Source: Alphaproteobacteria bacterium
Lineage (GTDB): Bacteria > Pseudomonadota > Alphaproteobacteria > SP197
DNA length: 64,000 nt
Reading direction: 5' to 3'
NCBI GenBank assembly: GCA_964291415.2
Contig: OZ219918.1
Coordinates: 96,001-160,000, forward strand
The notes below the pieces were generated by a model. That model had not been told where the DNA came from. It made no database searches and worked only from the letters and a program-made list of their open reading frames with translations. Of the stretch, positions 11,551-21,401 are shown in pieces. Position numbers and translations under genes: made by a program. Numbering within the stretch: the first letter of the stretch is position 1; each line of letters starts with the position of its first letter.

Positions 11551-11811
11551 TCAGTCCTTGATGGCGTCCTCCGGAGTCGGTGGCGCATCCGGCGCACGGT
11601 CGAGAAGCCTTGTCAGATCGCCGCGCTTTGCCATGCCGGCACGCGCTTTCAGGAAATCGTCAGCCGTCTCCACGGCCCCGATCTTCTGTGCGACCGCCGA
11701 AACGATCCACTGGTTAAGCGACACACCGTCCTCCATGGCAAGACGTGCCGCCGTCTCCTTGAGCGACTGCGGCAGTTGGAGCGGGTACTTGTAGCGTTGG
11801 GTCTGCGTCAT
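11551..11811 (-). CDS. RHH/HicB-like antitoxin
   Basis: YPLQLPQSLK..A..LA..DGVSLNQWIVSAVAQK; ATGA overlap with the PIN gene. Confidence 0.85.
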   Translation of the reverse strand: MTQTQRYKYPLQLPQSLKETAARLAMEDGVSLNQWIVSAVAQKIGAVETADDFLKARAGMAKRGDLTRLLDRAPDAPPTPEDAIKD

Positions 11812-12227
11812 GTCTTCAATCTCCTGACGATCTCTCCCGGTGTTGCAATGGTGACGCCCAGATCGAGCGCCAATCGGAAATCCCTGACGTTATGCGTCAC
11901 GATGGCGTCGGCTTCTCCGTTTAGGGCAGCCTCAAGCACCATCTCGTCCGCAGCATCGGCCAGGATGGGCCGTATCCGAAACGAGATGTCGACGCCATCG
12001 GACACGGCCGCGAGTGCGCTCATGACCGTTGCGACATCCGCCAGACCGTGACCCGTTGCCTTCCGTACTTCCTCCCGGCTCAGCACCGCCTCATACTCCA
12101 GAAACAGCGCCGTGGAACAAAGCGGCGTCACCATGCCCCGGTCAACGAATTGCAACAGCAGGTTGCTTGCTCCATTGAGGCTGCGGAACGCCGCCACGAT
12201 CACGTTGGTGTCCAGAACCAGCCTCAT
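11808..12227 (-). CDS. PIN-domain toxin
   Basis: MRLVLDTNV, LEYE.VL, D..DEMVLEAA.NG.ADAIVT.N..DF. Confidence 0.9.
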   Translation of the reverse strand: MRLVLDTNVIVAAFRSLNGASNLLLQFVDRGMVTPLCSTALFLEYEAVLSREEVRKATGHGLADVATVMSALAAVSDGVDISFRIRPILADAADEMVLEAALNGEADAIVTHNVRDFRLALDLGVTIATPGEIVRRLKT

Positions 12228-12233
12228 AGGAGA

Positions 12234-12262
12234 CAACTAATGGACATCTCATAAGATGTCAA
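12234..12262 (-). promoter_or_regulatory. TTGACA -35 box overlapped by palindrome GACATCT-N4-AGATGTC; probable leaderless promoter of the PIN-RHH operon
   Basis: Perfect 7-bp inverted repeat at 12243-12260; a weak -10 (TAGTTG) ends 6 nt before the ATG. Confidence 0.6.
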
Positions 12263-12543
12263 TACAGTACGAACAACATTTGACCTTAGAGGTATCTGGC
12301 GGCAACACGATTCAGCGTTTCATCCGTCATCGTTGACTGGCCGCGCCCCGTGCAACCGGCTCGCCGTGGCAAGGCGGAGATCTTCAATTCCAGGAACGGG
12401 TTCGCTCGCTTCATCGTCCTTGGAAACACCTGGGCGAGCGGCTGTCCGACGGGACAGGATTCCGTCGTAGACCAGGGTTGGCGACATGACTGAAGACGCC
12501 AGCGATTTGGCGTGGCTGGAACTGTCTTCAGTGTCGGGACGAT

Positions 12544-13737
12544 TCACTCCAGGGAGGTGAGCCAGGAGAGTACCGGCTGCCACAGTGTGGAGAGGGAACG
12601 GCGGCCGGCAACCATGCCGACGTGACCGGCCTTGGGTTCGATCCTGGTGGCGTGGGGGATGAGGTCTGCCAGGGATCGCGCGGATTCCGGAGGAACGATG
12701 CGGTCGCGTGCGGGGAGGGCGATGAGGACGGGAGAATCGAGCGCGGCAGGATCGATGGTCCGGCCCAGGGAGATCCAGCTTCCCCTGGCCGGCAGGTTGT
12801 CGCGGTACCAGCCGTGGAGGCAGTCGGCGGCAACACCTGCGGCAAGCGGGACACCGTCGTTGAGCCAGTCCTCCAGGGCCACGAAGGTGCGGGCCCGATC
12901 GCTGTCGGGATCGAGGCGGGCGAAGGCGCGGAACTTGGTTTCCACGTTGCCGGGCTGGATGGAGGCAAAGAGCGCCTGGACGACGTCCACCGGGACCGGC
13001 GGAGCCGAGGGACGGGCCGCGAGCGCGGCCACGGCGGCCAGCGGAGCGTTCCAGGAGAGAGCGCCGGCATGGAAGTCCCAGGGCGTGGCAAGGAGGGCAA
13101 GGCCCTTGACGCGGTCCGGACGGGCGAGGGCGCCTGAAAGGGCGATGAGCCCGCCCATGCAGTAGCCGAGAAGCGGCACCGCGGCGCCGGTGACGGCCGT
13201 GGCGGCCTCGAGTGCCGGAAGGAGCCGCTCGGCGATGTAGGCGTCGAGGTCGAAACGGGCTTCCGTGTCGCCGGGTTCACCCCAGTCGAGCAGAAGCGGT
13301 CTTGCACCGTGCGCGCGCAGCCATGAACAGAAACCCTCTTCGGGGCCAAGGTCGAGGATGTAGGAACGGTTGATGAGGGAGGGGACAAGGAGAAGCGGCA
13401 GCCCGGACCCGCCGTAGTCGAGAAGCGACGTCGACCCGCTGCGCCACAGGACATCGAGAGAGCGGCCGGAGCGTCTCCAGGGGTGCTCGTGGTAGGCGCG
13501 CACGCCGCCGATGAAGGCTCCGAGCCGTCGGCCGGCTTCGGCGCCGACGGCTGCGGCGAAGGCATCGGCGTCAACGTCGTGAAGGGCGTGGCTCAGCCGT
13601 TCCGCCTGCGGGGCAACACTGCTGTTCCAGGAGATCAAGCCGTTCCTCGCAGCGAGCGATGCGGCCGGCGAGGTCGTCAAGACGCTCGCCGAGAGAGTCA
13701 GGTGCATCGCCAATGGCCGCGGTCCCCGTCGCGTCAT
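12544..13737 (-). CDS. PhaC-like alpha/beta hydrolase (PHA synthase related)
   Basis: LVPSLINRSYILDL, lipase-box GYCMGG, LEDWLNDGV, D.IVP, GHVGM; neighbours phaR. Confidence 0.85.
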   Translation of the reverse strand: MTRRGPRPLAMHLTLSASVLTTSPAASLAARNGLISWNSSVAPQAERLSHALHDVDADAFAAAVGAEAGRRLGAFIGGVRAYHEHPWRRSGRSLDVLWRSGSTSLLDYGGSGLPLLLVPSLINRSYILDLGPEEGFCSWLRAHGARPLLLDWGEPGDTEARFDLDAYIAERLLPALEAATAVTGAAVPLLGYCMGGLIALSGALARPDRVKGLALLATPWDFHAGALSWNAPLAAVAALAARPSAPPVPVDVVQALFASIQPGNVETKFRAFARLDPDSDRARTFVALEDWLNDGVPLAAGVAADCLHGWYRDNLPARGSWISLGRTIDPAALDSPVLIALPARDRIVPPESARSLADLIPHATRIEPKAGHVGMVAGRRSLSTLWQPVLSWLTSLE

Positions 13738-13867
13738 GCGGCATTCCCGCAAGCCACATGGTGGCCCACTTGGCCAGCGCCGGGTCGGACAGCGTCGCGG
13801 CGAGGTGTTCCTGCCAGAGCTCGACGAAGTCCCGGGCCAGATCCTCGAGATCCTGCTTGTCCTTCAT
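13571..13867 (-). CDS. Small helical protein (possibly PhaE-like) overlapping the phaC-like gene
   Basis: MKDKQDLEDLARDFVELWQEHLAA...DP and a coiled-coil tail LDDLAGRIARCEERLDLLEQ. Confidence 0.6.
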   Translation of the reverse strand: MKDKQDLEDLARDFVELWQEHLAATLSDPALAKWATMWLAGMPHDATGTAAIGDAPDSLGERLDDLAGRIARCEERLDLLEQQCCPAGGTAEPRPSRR

Positions 13868-13903
13868 GGCGGCGATGATGGCACCTTTTGCGCCAGGCGG
13901 CCA

Positions 13904-13918
13904 TGCCGCAGTGCAACA
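13904..13918. promoter_or_regulatory. Putative PhaR operator TGCCGCA-G-TGCAACA
   Basis: TGC/GCA-rich near-palindrome in the divergent region upstream of phaR. Confidence 0.5.
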
Positions 13919-13982
13919 AAGACTGGCCGCAGACCACACTCGGGGTCATACTGACATCCTCCAGGAGGAAGGCCCGAAGACG

Positions 13983-14564
13983 ATGGCGAAAGCCAGAAAC
14001 CGGCACACAGGGGATACGATCGTCATCAAGAAGTATGCCAACAGGCGACTCTACAACACGGCGACCAGCAGCTACATCACCCTCGACCAGCTCGCCGATA
14101 TCGTGAAGGAAGGCGCCGACTTCGTGGTTCAGGATGCGAAGAGCGGCGAGGACATTACCCGTGCGGTGCTGACGCAGATCATCGTCGAGGAAGAGTCCAA
14201 GGGGGCCAACCTGCTGCCGATCAGCTTCCTCAAGCAGCTGATCGGGTTCTACGGCGACAGCATGCAGACCTTCGTGCCGCGCTATCTCGAACTCAGCATG
14301 GAGAGCCTGGCGAAAAACCAGGAACAGGTGCGCGACATGGTCTCGCGCACCTTCGACCAGATGTTTCCCTCGCCGACGGATGCCGTTGACGGCATGGTCC
14401 GGAACAACATGGCCATGATGCGCCGCACCATGGAAATGTTCTATCCCGAAGGCGACCAGGCGACAGACGAGGCGCCGGACCGCGACGAGGACATCCGCGC
14501 CCTCCAGGAGCGTATCGACAGCCTGCAGAACCAGCTTGACCGGATTTCCCGGAACAAGTCGTAA
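13983..14564 (+). CDS. phaR: Polyhydroxyalkanoate synthesis repressor
   Basis: IKKYANRRLYNT..SSYITL, DAKSGEDITR.VLTQII.EEE. Confidence 0.95.
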   Translation: MAKARNRHTGDTIVIKKYANRRLYNTATSSYITLDQLADIVKEGADFVVQDAKSGEDITRAVLTQIIVEEESKGANLLPISFLKQLIGFYGDSMQTFVPRYLELSMESLAKNQEQVRDMVSRTFDQMFPSPTDAVDGMVRNNMAMMRRTMEMFYPEGDQATDEAPDRDEDIRALQERIDSLQNQLDRISRNKS

Positions 14565-14579
14565 CGCAACGCGGACGGT

Positions 14580-15911
14580 TCAGGCGACCGTCTTGAGGGT
14601 TGAACCGATGGTCTCGAAGATCTGGTCGACGTGGCTGTGTTCCGCGATGAGCGGCGGCGAGAGTGCGATGGTGTCGCCGGTCACGCGAATGAGCACGCCG
14701 TCATCGAAACACTTCTGGAACGTCTCCATGGCCCGTGCGGTTGGCTGACCGGGCCTCGGTTCGAGTTCGATCCCGGCCATGATGCCGATGTTCCTCAGAT
14801 CGATCACGTGGTGACCGCCCTTGAGGGACCACAGGCCGTCCTGCCAGTAGCCGGCAAGATCCCGGGCCCTCTCGAAGAGCCCCTCGTCGCGATAGAGATC
14901 AAGGGTCGCAATGCCCGCCGCGGCGGCCAGCGGGTGTCCTGAATAGGTGTAGCCGTGGAACAGCTCGATACCGGCCGACGACCCCGCCATGAAGGCGTCG
15001 TGGACCTTCCTGGAACACAGCACGGCACCCATGGGAACGGTCGCGTTGGTGAGCCCCTTGGCCGTCGTCATCATGTCGGGAATCACGCCGAAGCGCTCGC
15101 TGGCAAAGCTGGCGCCCAGGCGCCCGAAGCCTGTGATGACCTCGTCGAAGATGAGCAGGATGTCGTGCTTGTCGCAGATCTCCCGCAGACGCTTCAGGTA
15201 ACCCTTCGGCGGCACCAGGACACCGGTGGACCCGGCCACCGGTTCGACGATGACCGCGGCGATCGTCGATGAGTCGTGGAGTGCCACGAGGCGCTCGAGA
15301 TCGTCGGCAAGGTGGGCGCCCCACTCGGGCTGCCCCTTCGACCAGGCCTGGTGTTCGTAATCGTGGGTATGGCGGATGTGGTCGACGCCGGAGATCAGGC
15401 CGCCGTAGAACTGCCTGTTCTTGACGATTCCGCCGACGGACGTGCCGCCGAAATTGACCCCGTGATAGCCGCGCTCGCGGCCGATCAGGCGGACCTTCGA
15501 TCCCTTGCCCCTGACGTTGTGGTAGGCCAGCGCGATCTTCAGCGCGGTGTCCGCGGATTCCGATCCCGAATTGGTGAAGAACACGTGATCGAGGTCGCCA
15601 GGCGACAGATCGGCAAGACGCTTGGCGAGTTCGAAGGGAGCGGGGTGGCCCATCTGGAAGGTCGGCGCGAAGTCCATCTTGTCCGCCTGGGCCTTGATGG
15701 CCTCGGCGATGCGGGTGCGTCCATGACCGGCGTTGCAGCACCACAGGCCCGCGGTGCCGTCGAGGATCTTCCGGCCACCGGGCGTCATGTAGTGCATGTC
15801 CCGGGCGCTGGCCAGAAGTCGGGGGGACGACTTGTACTCCCTGTTCGAGGTGAACGGCATCCAGAACGCTTCGAGATCGTTGGGGAGATCGGGGTAGTTC
15901 AGTTCATCCAT
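14580..15911 (-). CDS. Omega-amino acid:pyruvate aminotransferase (class III PLP)
   Basis: FWMPFT.NR, DGTAGLWC, FDEVITGFGRLG, TAKGLT, HGYTYSGHP. Confidence 0.92.
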   Translation of the reverse strand: MDELNYPDLPNDLEAFWMPFTSNREYKSSPRLLASARDMHYMTPGGRKILDGTAGLWCCNAGHGRTRIAEAIKAQADKMDFAPTFQMGHPAPFELAKRLADLSPGDLDHVFFTNSGSESADTALKIALAYHNVRGKGSKVRLIGRERGYHGVNFGGTSVGGIVKNRQFYGGLISGVDHIRHTHDYEHQAWSKGQPEWGAHLADDLERLVALHDSSTIAAVIVEPVAGSTGVLVPPKGYLKRLREICDKHDILLIFDEVITGFGRLGASFASERFGVIPDMMTTAKGLTNATVPMGAVLCSRKVHDAFMAGSSAGIELFHGYTYSGHPLAAAAGIATLDLYRDEGLFERARDLAGYWQDGLWSLKGGHHVIDLRNIGIMAGIELEPRPGQPTARAMETFQKCFDDGVLIRVTGDTIALSPPLIAEHSHVDQIFETIGSTLKTVA

Positions 15912-16038
15912 CGTGCATGTCCTCAAGGGCAGGGCAGCGACTATAGACCACGCTCAGGCGGGCGCAAACCTGAGCACGCGTTGACGTGTCCGGTCGGCGG
16001 ACCAATACTTTGTGCAGGTGCGAAGGAAGCGGTTCACC

Positions 16039-18174
16039 ATGACGGAGTTTCCAGAAGCCTGGCGCTCCCAGGCCGCGAAGGAACTCAAGGGCGGTTCTGC
16101 CGAGGATCTCGTCAGGGAGACGGCCGAGGGCATTGCCGTCAAGCCGCTCTACACCGAGGCGGACCTCGAGACCCTTGGCCATTCCGCCACCCTGCCCGGG
16201 CTCTTTCCCTACGTGCGTGGCGTGCGTGCGACGATGTACGCCAACAGGCCCTGGACCATCCGTCAGTACGCGGGGTTCTCGACCGCCGGCGAATCCAACG
16301 CCTTCTATCGACAGGCCCTGGCCGGGGGGCAGAAGGGACTGTCGGTGGCCTTCGATCTGGCCACCCACCGCGGCTATGACAGCGACCACCCCAGGGTGGC
16401 CGGTGACGTCGGCAAGGCGGGTGTGGCCATCGACACCGTCGAGGACATGAAGATCCTGTTCGACGGCATTCCCCTCGACGGGATGTCCGTCTCCATGACC
16501 ATGAACGGGGCTGTCCTGCCGGTGCTCGCCATGTTCGTCGTGGCGGCAGAGGAGCAGGGCGTCGCCCCGGACCGCCTGACCGGGACCATCCAGAACGACA
16601 TCCTCAAGGAGTTCATGGTCCGCAACACCTACATCTATCCGCCGGCGCCCAGCATGCGCATCGTCGCCGACATCATTGCCTGGAGCGCGGCGTCGATGCC
16701 CCGCTTCAACTCGATTTCCATCAGCGGCTATCACATGCAGGAAGCGGGGGCGACGGCGGTCCAGGAGCTTGCCTACACCCTTGCCGACGGGGTCGAATAC
16801 GTGCGTGCCGCCCGTGACCGCGGTCTTGACATCGACACCTTCGCGCCCCGGCTTTCCTTCTTCTTCGGCATCGGCATGAACTTCTTCATGGAGATCGCCA
16901 AGCTTCGTGCGGCGAGGCTGTTGTGGGCACGGCTCATGGAGCCCTTCAACCCCGAGGACCCGCGATCCCTGATGCTGCGCACCCACTGCCAGACCAGCGG
17001 CGTTTCGCTGACCGAACAGGATCCCTTCAACAACATCGTGCGCACCACCGTCGAGGCCATGGCGGCCGTGCTCGGAGGCACCCAGAGCCTCCACACCAAC
17101 AGCTTTGACGAGGCCCTGGCGCTCCCCGGCGACGAGGCGTCCCGCATCGCCCGCAACACGCAGCTGATTCTCGCCGGTGAAACCGGCATTCCCCATGTCG
17201 TCGATCCTCTCGGCGGCAGCTACTTCGTCGAATCGCTCACCGCCTCTCTCGTCGAGGCCGCGTCGCGGTTGATCGACGAGGTCGAGGAGATGGGCGGCAT
17301 GACCCGCGCCATCGAGGTCGGCCTGCCGAAGCTGCGCATCGAGGAAAGCGCGGCGCGCCGCCAGGCACGCATCGAGCGCGGCGACGACACGGTGGTGGGT
17401 GTCAACCACTACCGGAACGAAGCGGAGCCGGAAGTCGAGATTCGCGAGATCGACAACACCGTGGTGCGCGATGCCCAGATCCGGCGCCTCGAGGAGGTGC
17501 GCCGGAGCCGTGATGACGGGGCGGTGAAGACGGCTCTCGATGCGCTTGCCGCCGGTGCCGCCGGAGACGGGAATCTCCTTGAACTTTCCATTGCCGCGGC
17601 ACGGGTGCGGGCCACGCTCGGCGAAATCTCTGATGCCCTGGAAGGCGTCTTCACCCGGCACAGCGCGGTGCTGCGGCCGGTCTCCGGAGTCTATGGCGCT
17701 GCCTGGCAGGGAGCGGAGGAGTTTAGCGAGGTGAAGGCACGTATCGACGCCTTCTCCGCCGAGGAGGGGCGGCAGCCGCGCATGCTTGTCGCCAAGCTCG
17801 GCCAGGACGGCCATGACCGGGGCGCCCGCATCATTGCCAGCGCCTTTGCCGATCTCGGTTTCGACGTCGACATCGGCCCTCTCTTCCAGACTCCCGCAGA
17901 AGCGGCGCAACAGGCCGTCGAAAGCGATGTTCATGTCATCGGCGTCTCCACCCAGGCGGCAGGTCACCGGACCCTGGTGCCGCAGCTTGTCGCTGCCCTG
18001 GCAGATCTCTCCGCAACGGACATTCAGGTCGTGGTCGGCGGCGTGGTGCCGCCACAGGACCACGCCATGCTCCGCGAAGCCGGAGTGTCGGCCATCTTCG
18101 GCCCCGGAACCCATATTCCGGATGCGGCGGCACATGTCCTCGATCTGATCCGTTCGCAGCGCCGGGCGGCCTGA
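16039..18174 (+). CDS. scpA: Methylmalonyl-CoA mutase
   Basis: [31 protein letters not shown]12 motif GQDGHDRG. Confidence 0.97.
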   Translation: MTEFPEAWRSQAAKELKGGSAEDLVRETAEGIAVKPLYTEADLETLGHSATLPGLFPYVRGVRATMYANRPWTIRQYAGFSTAGESNAFYRQALAGGQKGLSVAFDLATHRGYDSDHPRVAGDVGKAGVAIDTVEDMKILFDGIPLDGMSVSMTMNGAVLPVLAMFVVAAEEQGVAPDRLTGTIQNDILKEFMVRNTYIYPPAPSMRIVADIIAWSAASMPRFNSISISGYHMQEAGATAVQELAYTLADGVEYVRAARDRGLDIDTFAPRLSFFFGIGMNFFMEIAKLRAARLLWARLMEPFNPEDPRSLMLRTHCQTSGVSLTEQDPFNNIVRTTVEAMAAVLGGTQSLHTNSFDEALALPGDEASRIARNTQLILAGETGIPHVVDPLGGSYFVESLTASLVEAASRLIDEVEEMGGMTRAIEVGLPKLRIEESAARRQARIERGDDTVVGVNHYRNEAEPEVEIREIDNTVVRDAQIRRLEEVRRSRDDGAVKTALDALAAGAAGDGNLLELSIAAARVRATLGEISDALEGVFTRHSAVLRPVSGVYGAAWQGAEEFSEVKARIDAFSAEEGRQPRMLVAKLGQDGHDRGARIIASAFADLGFDVDIGPLFQTPAEAAQQAVESDVHVIGVSTQAAGHRTLVPQLVAALADLSATDIQVVVGGVVPPQDHAMLREAGVSAIFGPGTHIPDAAAHVLDLIRSQRRAA

Positions 18175-18178
18175 CATC

Positions 18179-19126
18179 TTGAACGCCGAGGCCCTGAGAT
18201 TCGGTGACCGCCGGGCGCTCGGGCGTGCCATCACGCTTGTCGAGTCGACGCGCGCCGAAGATGAGGAGAGGGCTGCGCGCCTGCTCGAGAGTCTTGCGCA
18301 GGTGACGCCGGCACGACGGCGCATCGGCATTTCCGGCGCCCCTGGTGTCGGCAAGTCCACGTTCATCGAGGCCTTCGGCCTGAAGGCCCTCGATGACGGC
18401 TGGCGGGTTGCCGTCATCACCATCGATCCGTCCTCGATGAGGAGCGGCGGTTCCATCCTCGGCGACAGAACCAGGATGGAGCGCCTGTCGCGCCATCCGC
18501 TGGCCTTCATCCGTTCGTCGCCGTCGCGCGGCACGCTCGGCGGGGTGGCGCGGCGCACGCGGGACGTCATCCGGCTGGTCGAGGCGGCAGGCCATGATCT
18601 CGTGATTGTCGAGACCGTCGGCGTCGGCCAGTCGGAGGTGGCGGCGGCGGCCATGACCGACATGTTCGTCGTTCTCCTCGCGCCCGGCGCCGGCGACGGC
18701 CTGCAGGGCGTCAAGCGCGGGATCATGGAGCTTGCCGACCTCGTCATCGTCAACAAGGCCGATGGCGACCTCGCCGGCATGGCGCGTCACATGGTGACGG
18801 ATTTCCGTCAGGCGCTCTCGCTCATGCGTCCCGGACGCAGCTTCTGGACGACGCGCGTGATGTCCTGTTCGGCACTCACCGGGGACGGTCTCGATGACGT
18901 AAGGGCCGCCATGGACGAGTGGTTCGACGCCGCCGGCCCTCACCTCGATGAGGAACGCCGCAGGCAGGCGGTCGAGGCCATCAGGAACGAGGTGGCCGAT
19001 CTCACCCTGGCGCGGCTGATGTCAGGTGATGGAGACGGTCATGCGTCGCGTACCCTTGCCGCCGACGTTGCCAGTGGACGCCTGCCGCTGCGGACCGCCG
19101 CAAGAAAGATCCTCGACAACACCTGA
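18179..19126 (+). CDS. meaB: Methylmalonyl-CoA mutase-associated GTPase
   Basis: GAPGVGKST, DPSS..SGGSILGD, ETVGVGQSE, NKAD. Confidence 0.93.
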   Translation: MNAEALRFGDRRALGRAITLVESTRAEDEERAARLLESLAQVTPARRRIGISGAPGVGKSTFIEAFGLKALDDGWRVAVITIDPSSMRSGGSILGDRTRMERLSRHPLAFIRSSPSRGTLGGVARRTRDVIRLVEAAGHDLVIVETVGVGQSEVAAAAMTDMFVVLLAPGAGDGLQGVKRGIMELADLVIVNKADGDLAGMARHMVTDFRQALSLMRPGRSFWTTRVMSCSALTGDGLDDVRAAMDEWFDAAGPHLDEERRRQAVEAIRNEVADLTLARLMSGDGDGHASRTLAADVASGRLPLRTAARKILDNT

Positions 19127-19259
19127 TCGGGGTTGCGCCGGCTTTGGCCGAATGCCGTCAGTCATCCGCGTCGTACCTCATTGGTCCGGGCGGCCTCGAT
19201 CTCGGCGGTGTTGCTGGTACGATGGGCGTCGTCTGTGGCGACGCCCGGGAGGACAAGGG

Positions 19260-20411
19260 ATGGACATCAGTCACGAGGCACGCCGCATCCACGCATCGTC
19301 GATCGTGATCGACACCCACGTCGACACGGTGGTGCGCTGGATCGACCTTGACGAGGACCTCGGCGTCGAGACCGGCAACGGCTACATGGATTTGCCGCTC
19401 ATGAGGCGGGGCAACCTCACGGCATCCTTCTTTGCCTGCTGCGTCGGCTTCCACCATGTCGCGGAAGGGACAGCGATACGCCGCGCTCTCGACATGATCG
19501 ACGGCGTGAAGGAGATCTGCCGGTTCTATCCGGATGACGTCGAGGTGGCCCTTGGGGCTTCGGACGTGCGGCGCATCGCCGCGGCGGGCAAGCTCGCGGT
19601 GATCATCGCGATCGAGGGCGGACATGCGATCGACGACGATCTGCGGGTTCTGCGCCAGTACTTCGATCTGGGCGTGCGCTACATGTCGTTGACCCATTTC
19701 AACACGCATGGCTGGGCCGATTCCGCGACCGATGCGGCGCGGCACGGCGGATTGAGCCCGTTCGGCCGCGACGTCGTCGCGGAGATGAACCGGATGGGCA
19801 TGATGGTCGATGTCTCGCATGCCTCCGACACGGTGTTCCGGGACGTGATCGAGATGACGAAAGCGCCGGTCATGGCCTCGCACTCGTCGATGCGGGCCCT
19901 GGTGGATCATCCCCGCAACATGTCCGACGACATGCTCCGGGCCGTTGCGGACAACGGCGGCATCGTCTGCGTGACGGCATGGCCCGAGTACATTTCACGG
20001 AGGTACTGGCAGGGGCTTGAGGATGTGGCCGACCGTCGCGCCGGACGCGGCGGCGCCAATCGGCGACAGAGCGCATCGGGCTCGACGTCGGCAATCTCGG
20101 ACCTGATGGCGATGACGGGCGGCGACGGCGCCGCGGGCTACAACGTGCTGGTCGATGCGGGGATCCCGTTTCCGTCGCTCGACGACCTGCTCCGCCACAT
20201 CGATCACGCGATCGGGGTGGCCGGCGTCGATCATGTCGGTATCGGTACCGACCATGGCGCCGTCCGTTTCGACCTCGTGGAACTCGAAGACTGCTCCAGG
20301 CTCCCCGTCCTGACCGAGGCCCTGGTGCGACGCGGCTATCGCGAGGACGACATCCGCAAGATTCTCGGTGAAAATGTCTTGCGGGTCATGGAAGACGTGA
20401 TCGGGCGCTGA
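19260..20411 (+). CDS. Membrane dipeptidase family (M19) protein
   Basis: DTHVD, IEGG, LTH, DVSH, ASHS, RN..DD, HVGIGTD. Confidence 0.9.
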   Translation: MDISHEARRIHASSIVIDTHVDTVVRWIDLDEDLGVETGNGYMDLPLMRRGNLTASFFACCVGFHHVAEGTAIRRALDMIDGVKEICRFYPDDVEVALGASDVRRIAAAGKLAVIIAIEGGHAIDDDLRVLRQYFDLGVRYMSLTHFNTHGWADSATDAARHGGLSPFGRDVVAEMNRMGMMVDVSHASDTVFRDVIEMTKAPVMASHSSMRALVDHPRNMSDDMLRAVADNGGIVCVTAWPEYISRRYWQGLEDVADRRAGRGGANRRQSASGSTSAISDLMAMTGGDGAAGYNVLVDAGIPFPSLDDLLRHIDHAIGVAGVDHVGIGTDHGAVRFDLVELEDCSRLPVLTEALVRRGYREDDIRKILGENVLRVMEDVIGR

Positions 20412-20494
20412 ATGCGCCGCGGTCGCAGGAGTTGACCCGGAGCCGATGGCGCTATAGGTACGGCGTCGCTTATCTGAGTTCCGGAGCCGAAGAG

Positions 20495-20794
20495 ATGTCG
20501 CGCACATGTTCCCTGACCGGCAAGTCCGTCATGTCGGGAAACAACCGCAGCCACGCCGAGAACAAGTCCAAGCGGGTGTTCCGGCCGAACCTGGTGAGGG
20601 CCAGCCTGTGGTCCGAGACGCTCGGTGAACGGGTGCGCCTGCGCATTTCCGCAAGCGCCCTGCGTACCGTCGAGAAGCACGGTGGCATCGACGCATTCCT
20701 GATGCAGGAACGCGACAGCCGGCTGGCCGGTCCGGCACTGAAGCTCAAGCGCCGCGTCGCGAAGGCGGCGGCGCGCCGGAACGCCAGCGCCTGA
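20495..20794 (+). CDS. rpmB: 50S ribosomal protein L28
   Basis: MSRTCSLTGK...GNNRSHA.NK.KR.F.PNL, LRTVEK.GG.D. Confidence 0.95.
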   Translation: MSRTCSLTGKSVMSGNNRSHAENKSKRVFRPNLVRASLWSETLGERVRLRISASALRTVEKHGGIDAFLMQERDSRLAGPALKLKRRVAKAAARRNASA

Positions 20795-20804
20795 CTCTCC
20801 CGCC

Positions 20805-21401
20805 ATGACACGCCCGGCCGTCGCCATCGGTGCGATGTCGGCGGTCGTGGTCGTCTCGAACCTGCTGGTTCACGCTCCGATCAACGACTGGCTGACCTGG
20901 GCCGCTTTCACCTACCCTGTCTCGTTTCTCGTGACGGATCTCTCCAACCGCGCGTTCGGGCCGGCGCGCGCGGCCCGCGTGGTGCTGTGGGGATTTGCCG
21001 TCGGCGTCATCATGTCCGCCGTCCTTTCGGACTGGACGCCCTTTGCCATGCCGCAGATGTTCTCGGAGAAGGCACTGCTGACCGCGGTGGCGTCGGGCTC
21101 CGCCTTTCTCACGGCACAGCTCCTCGACATCCTCATCTTCCGCCTGCTGCGGCGGTCGGCCTGGTGGCGGGCGCCTCTGATCTCCTCGGCGGTGGCCTCT
21201 GCCGTGGACACCCTCATCTTCTTCTGGCTGCTGTTCGGCGTCTTCTTCCCCGAATGGGGACTCGACTGGGTGAGCTACGGTGTCGGCGACTACGCCGTCA
21301 AGGCGTCAATGGCCCTGGCGCTCCTGGTGCCCTACCGGGTGCTCATGGGGCGGTACGTGGCACCGCCAGCCGCCGGCCGAGACCGTGCCGTTCCGGATTG
21401 A
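20805..21401 (+). CDS. Queuosine precursor transporter (VUT/YhhQ family)
   Basis: [27 protein letters not shown]...VDT..F. Confidence 0.85.
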   Translation: MTRPAVAIGAMSAVVVVSNLLVHAPINDWLTWAAFTYPVSFLVTDLSNRAFGPARAARVVLWGFAVGVIMSAVLSDWTPFAMPQMFSEKALLTAVASGSAFLTAQLLDILIFRLLRRSAWWRAPLISSAVASAVDTLIFFWLLFGVFFPEWGLDWVSYGVGDYAVKASMALALLVPYRVLMGRYVAPPAAGRDRAVPD

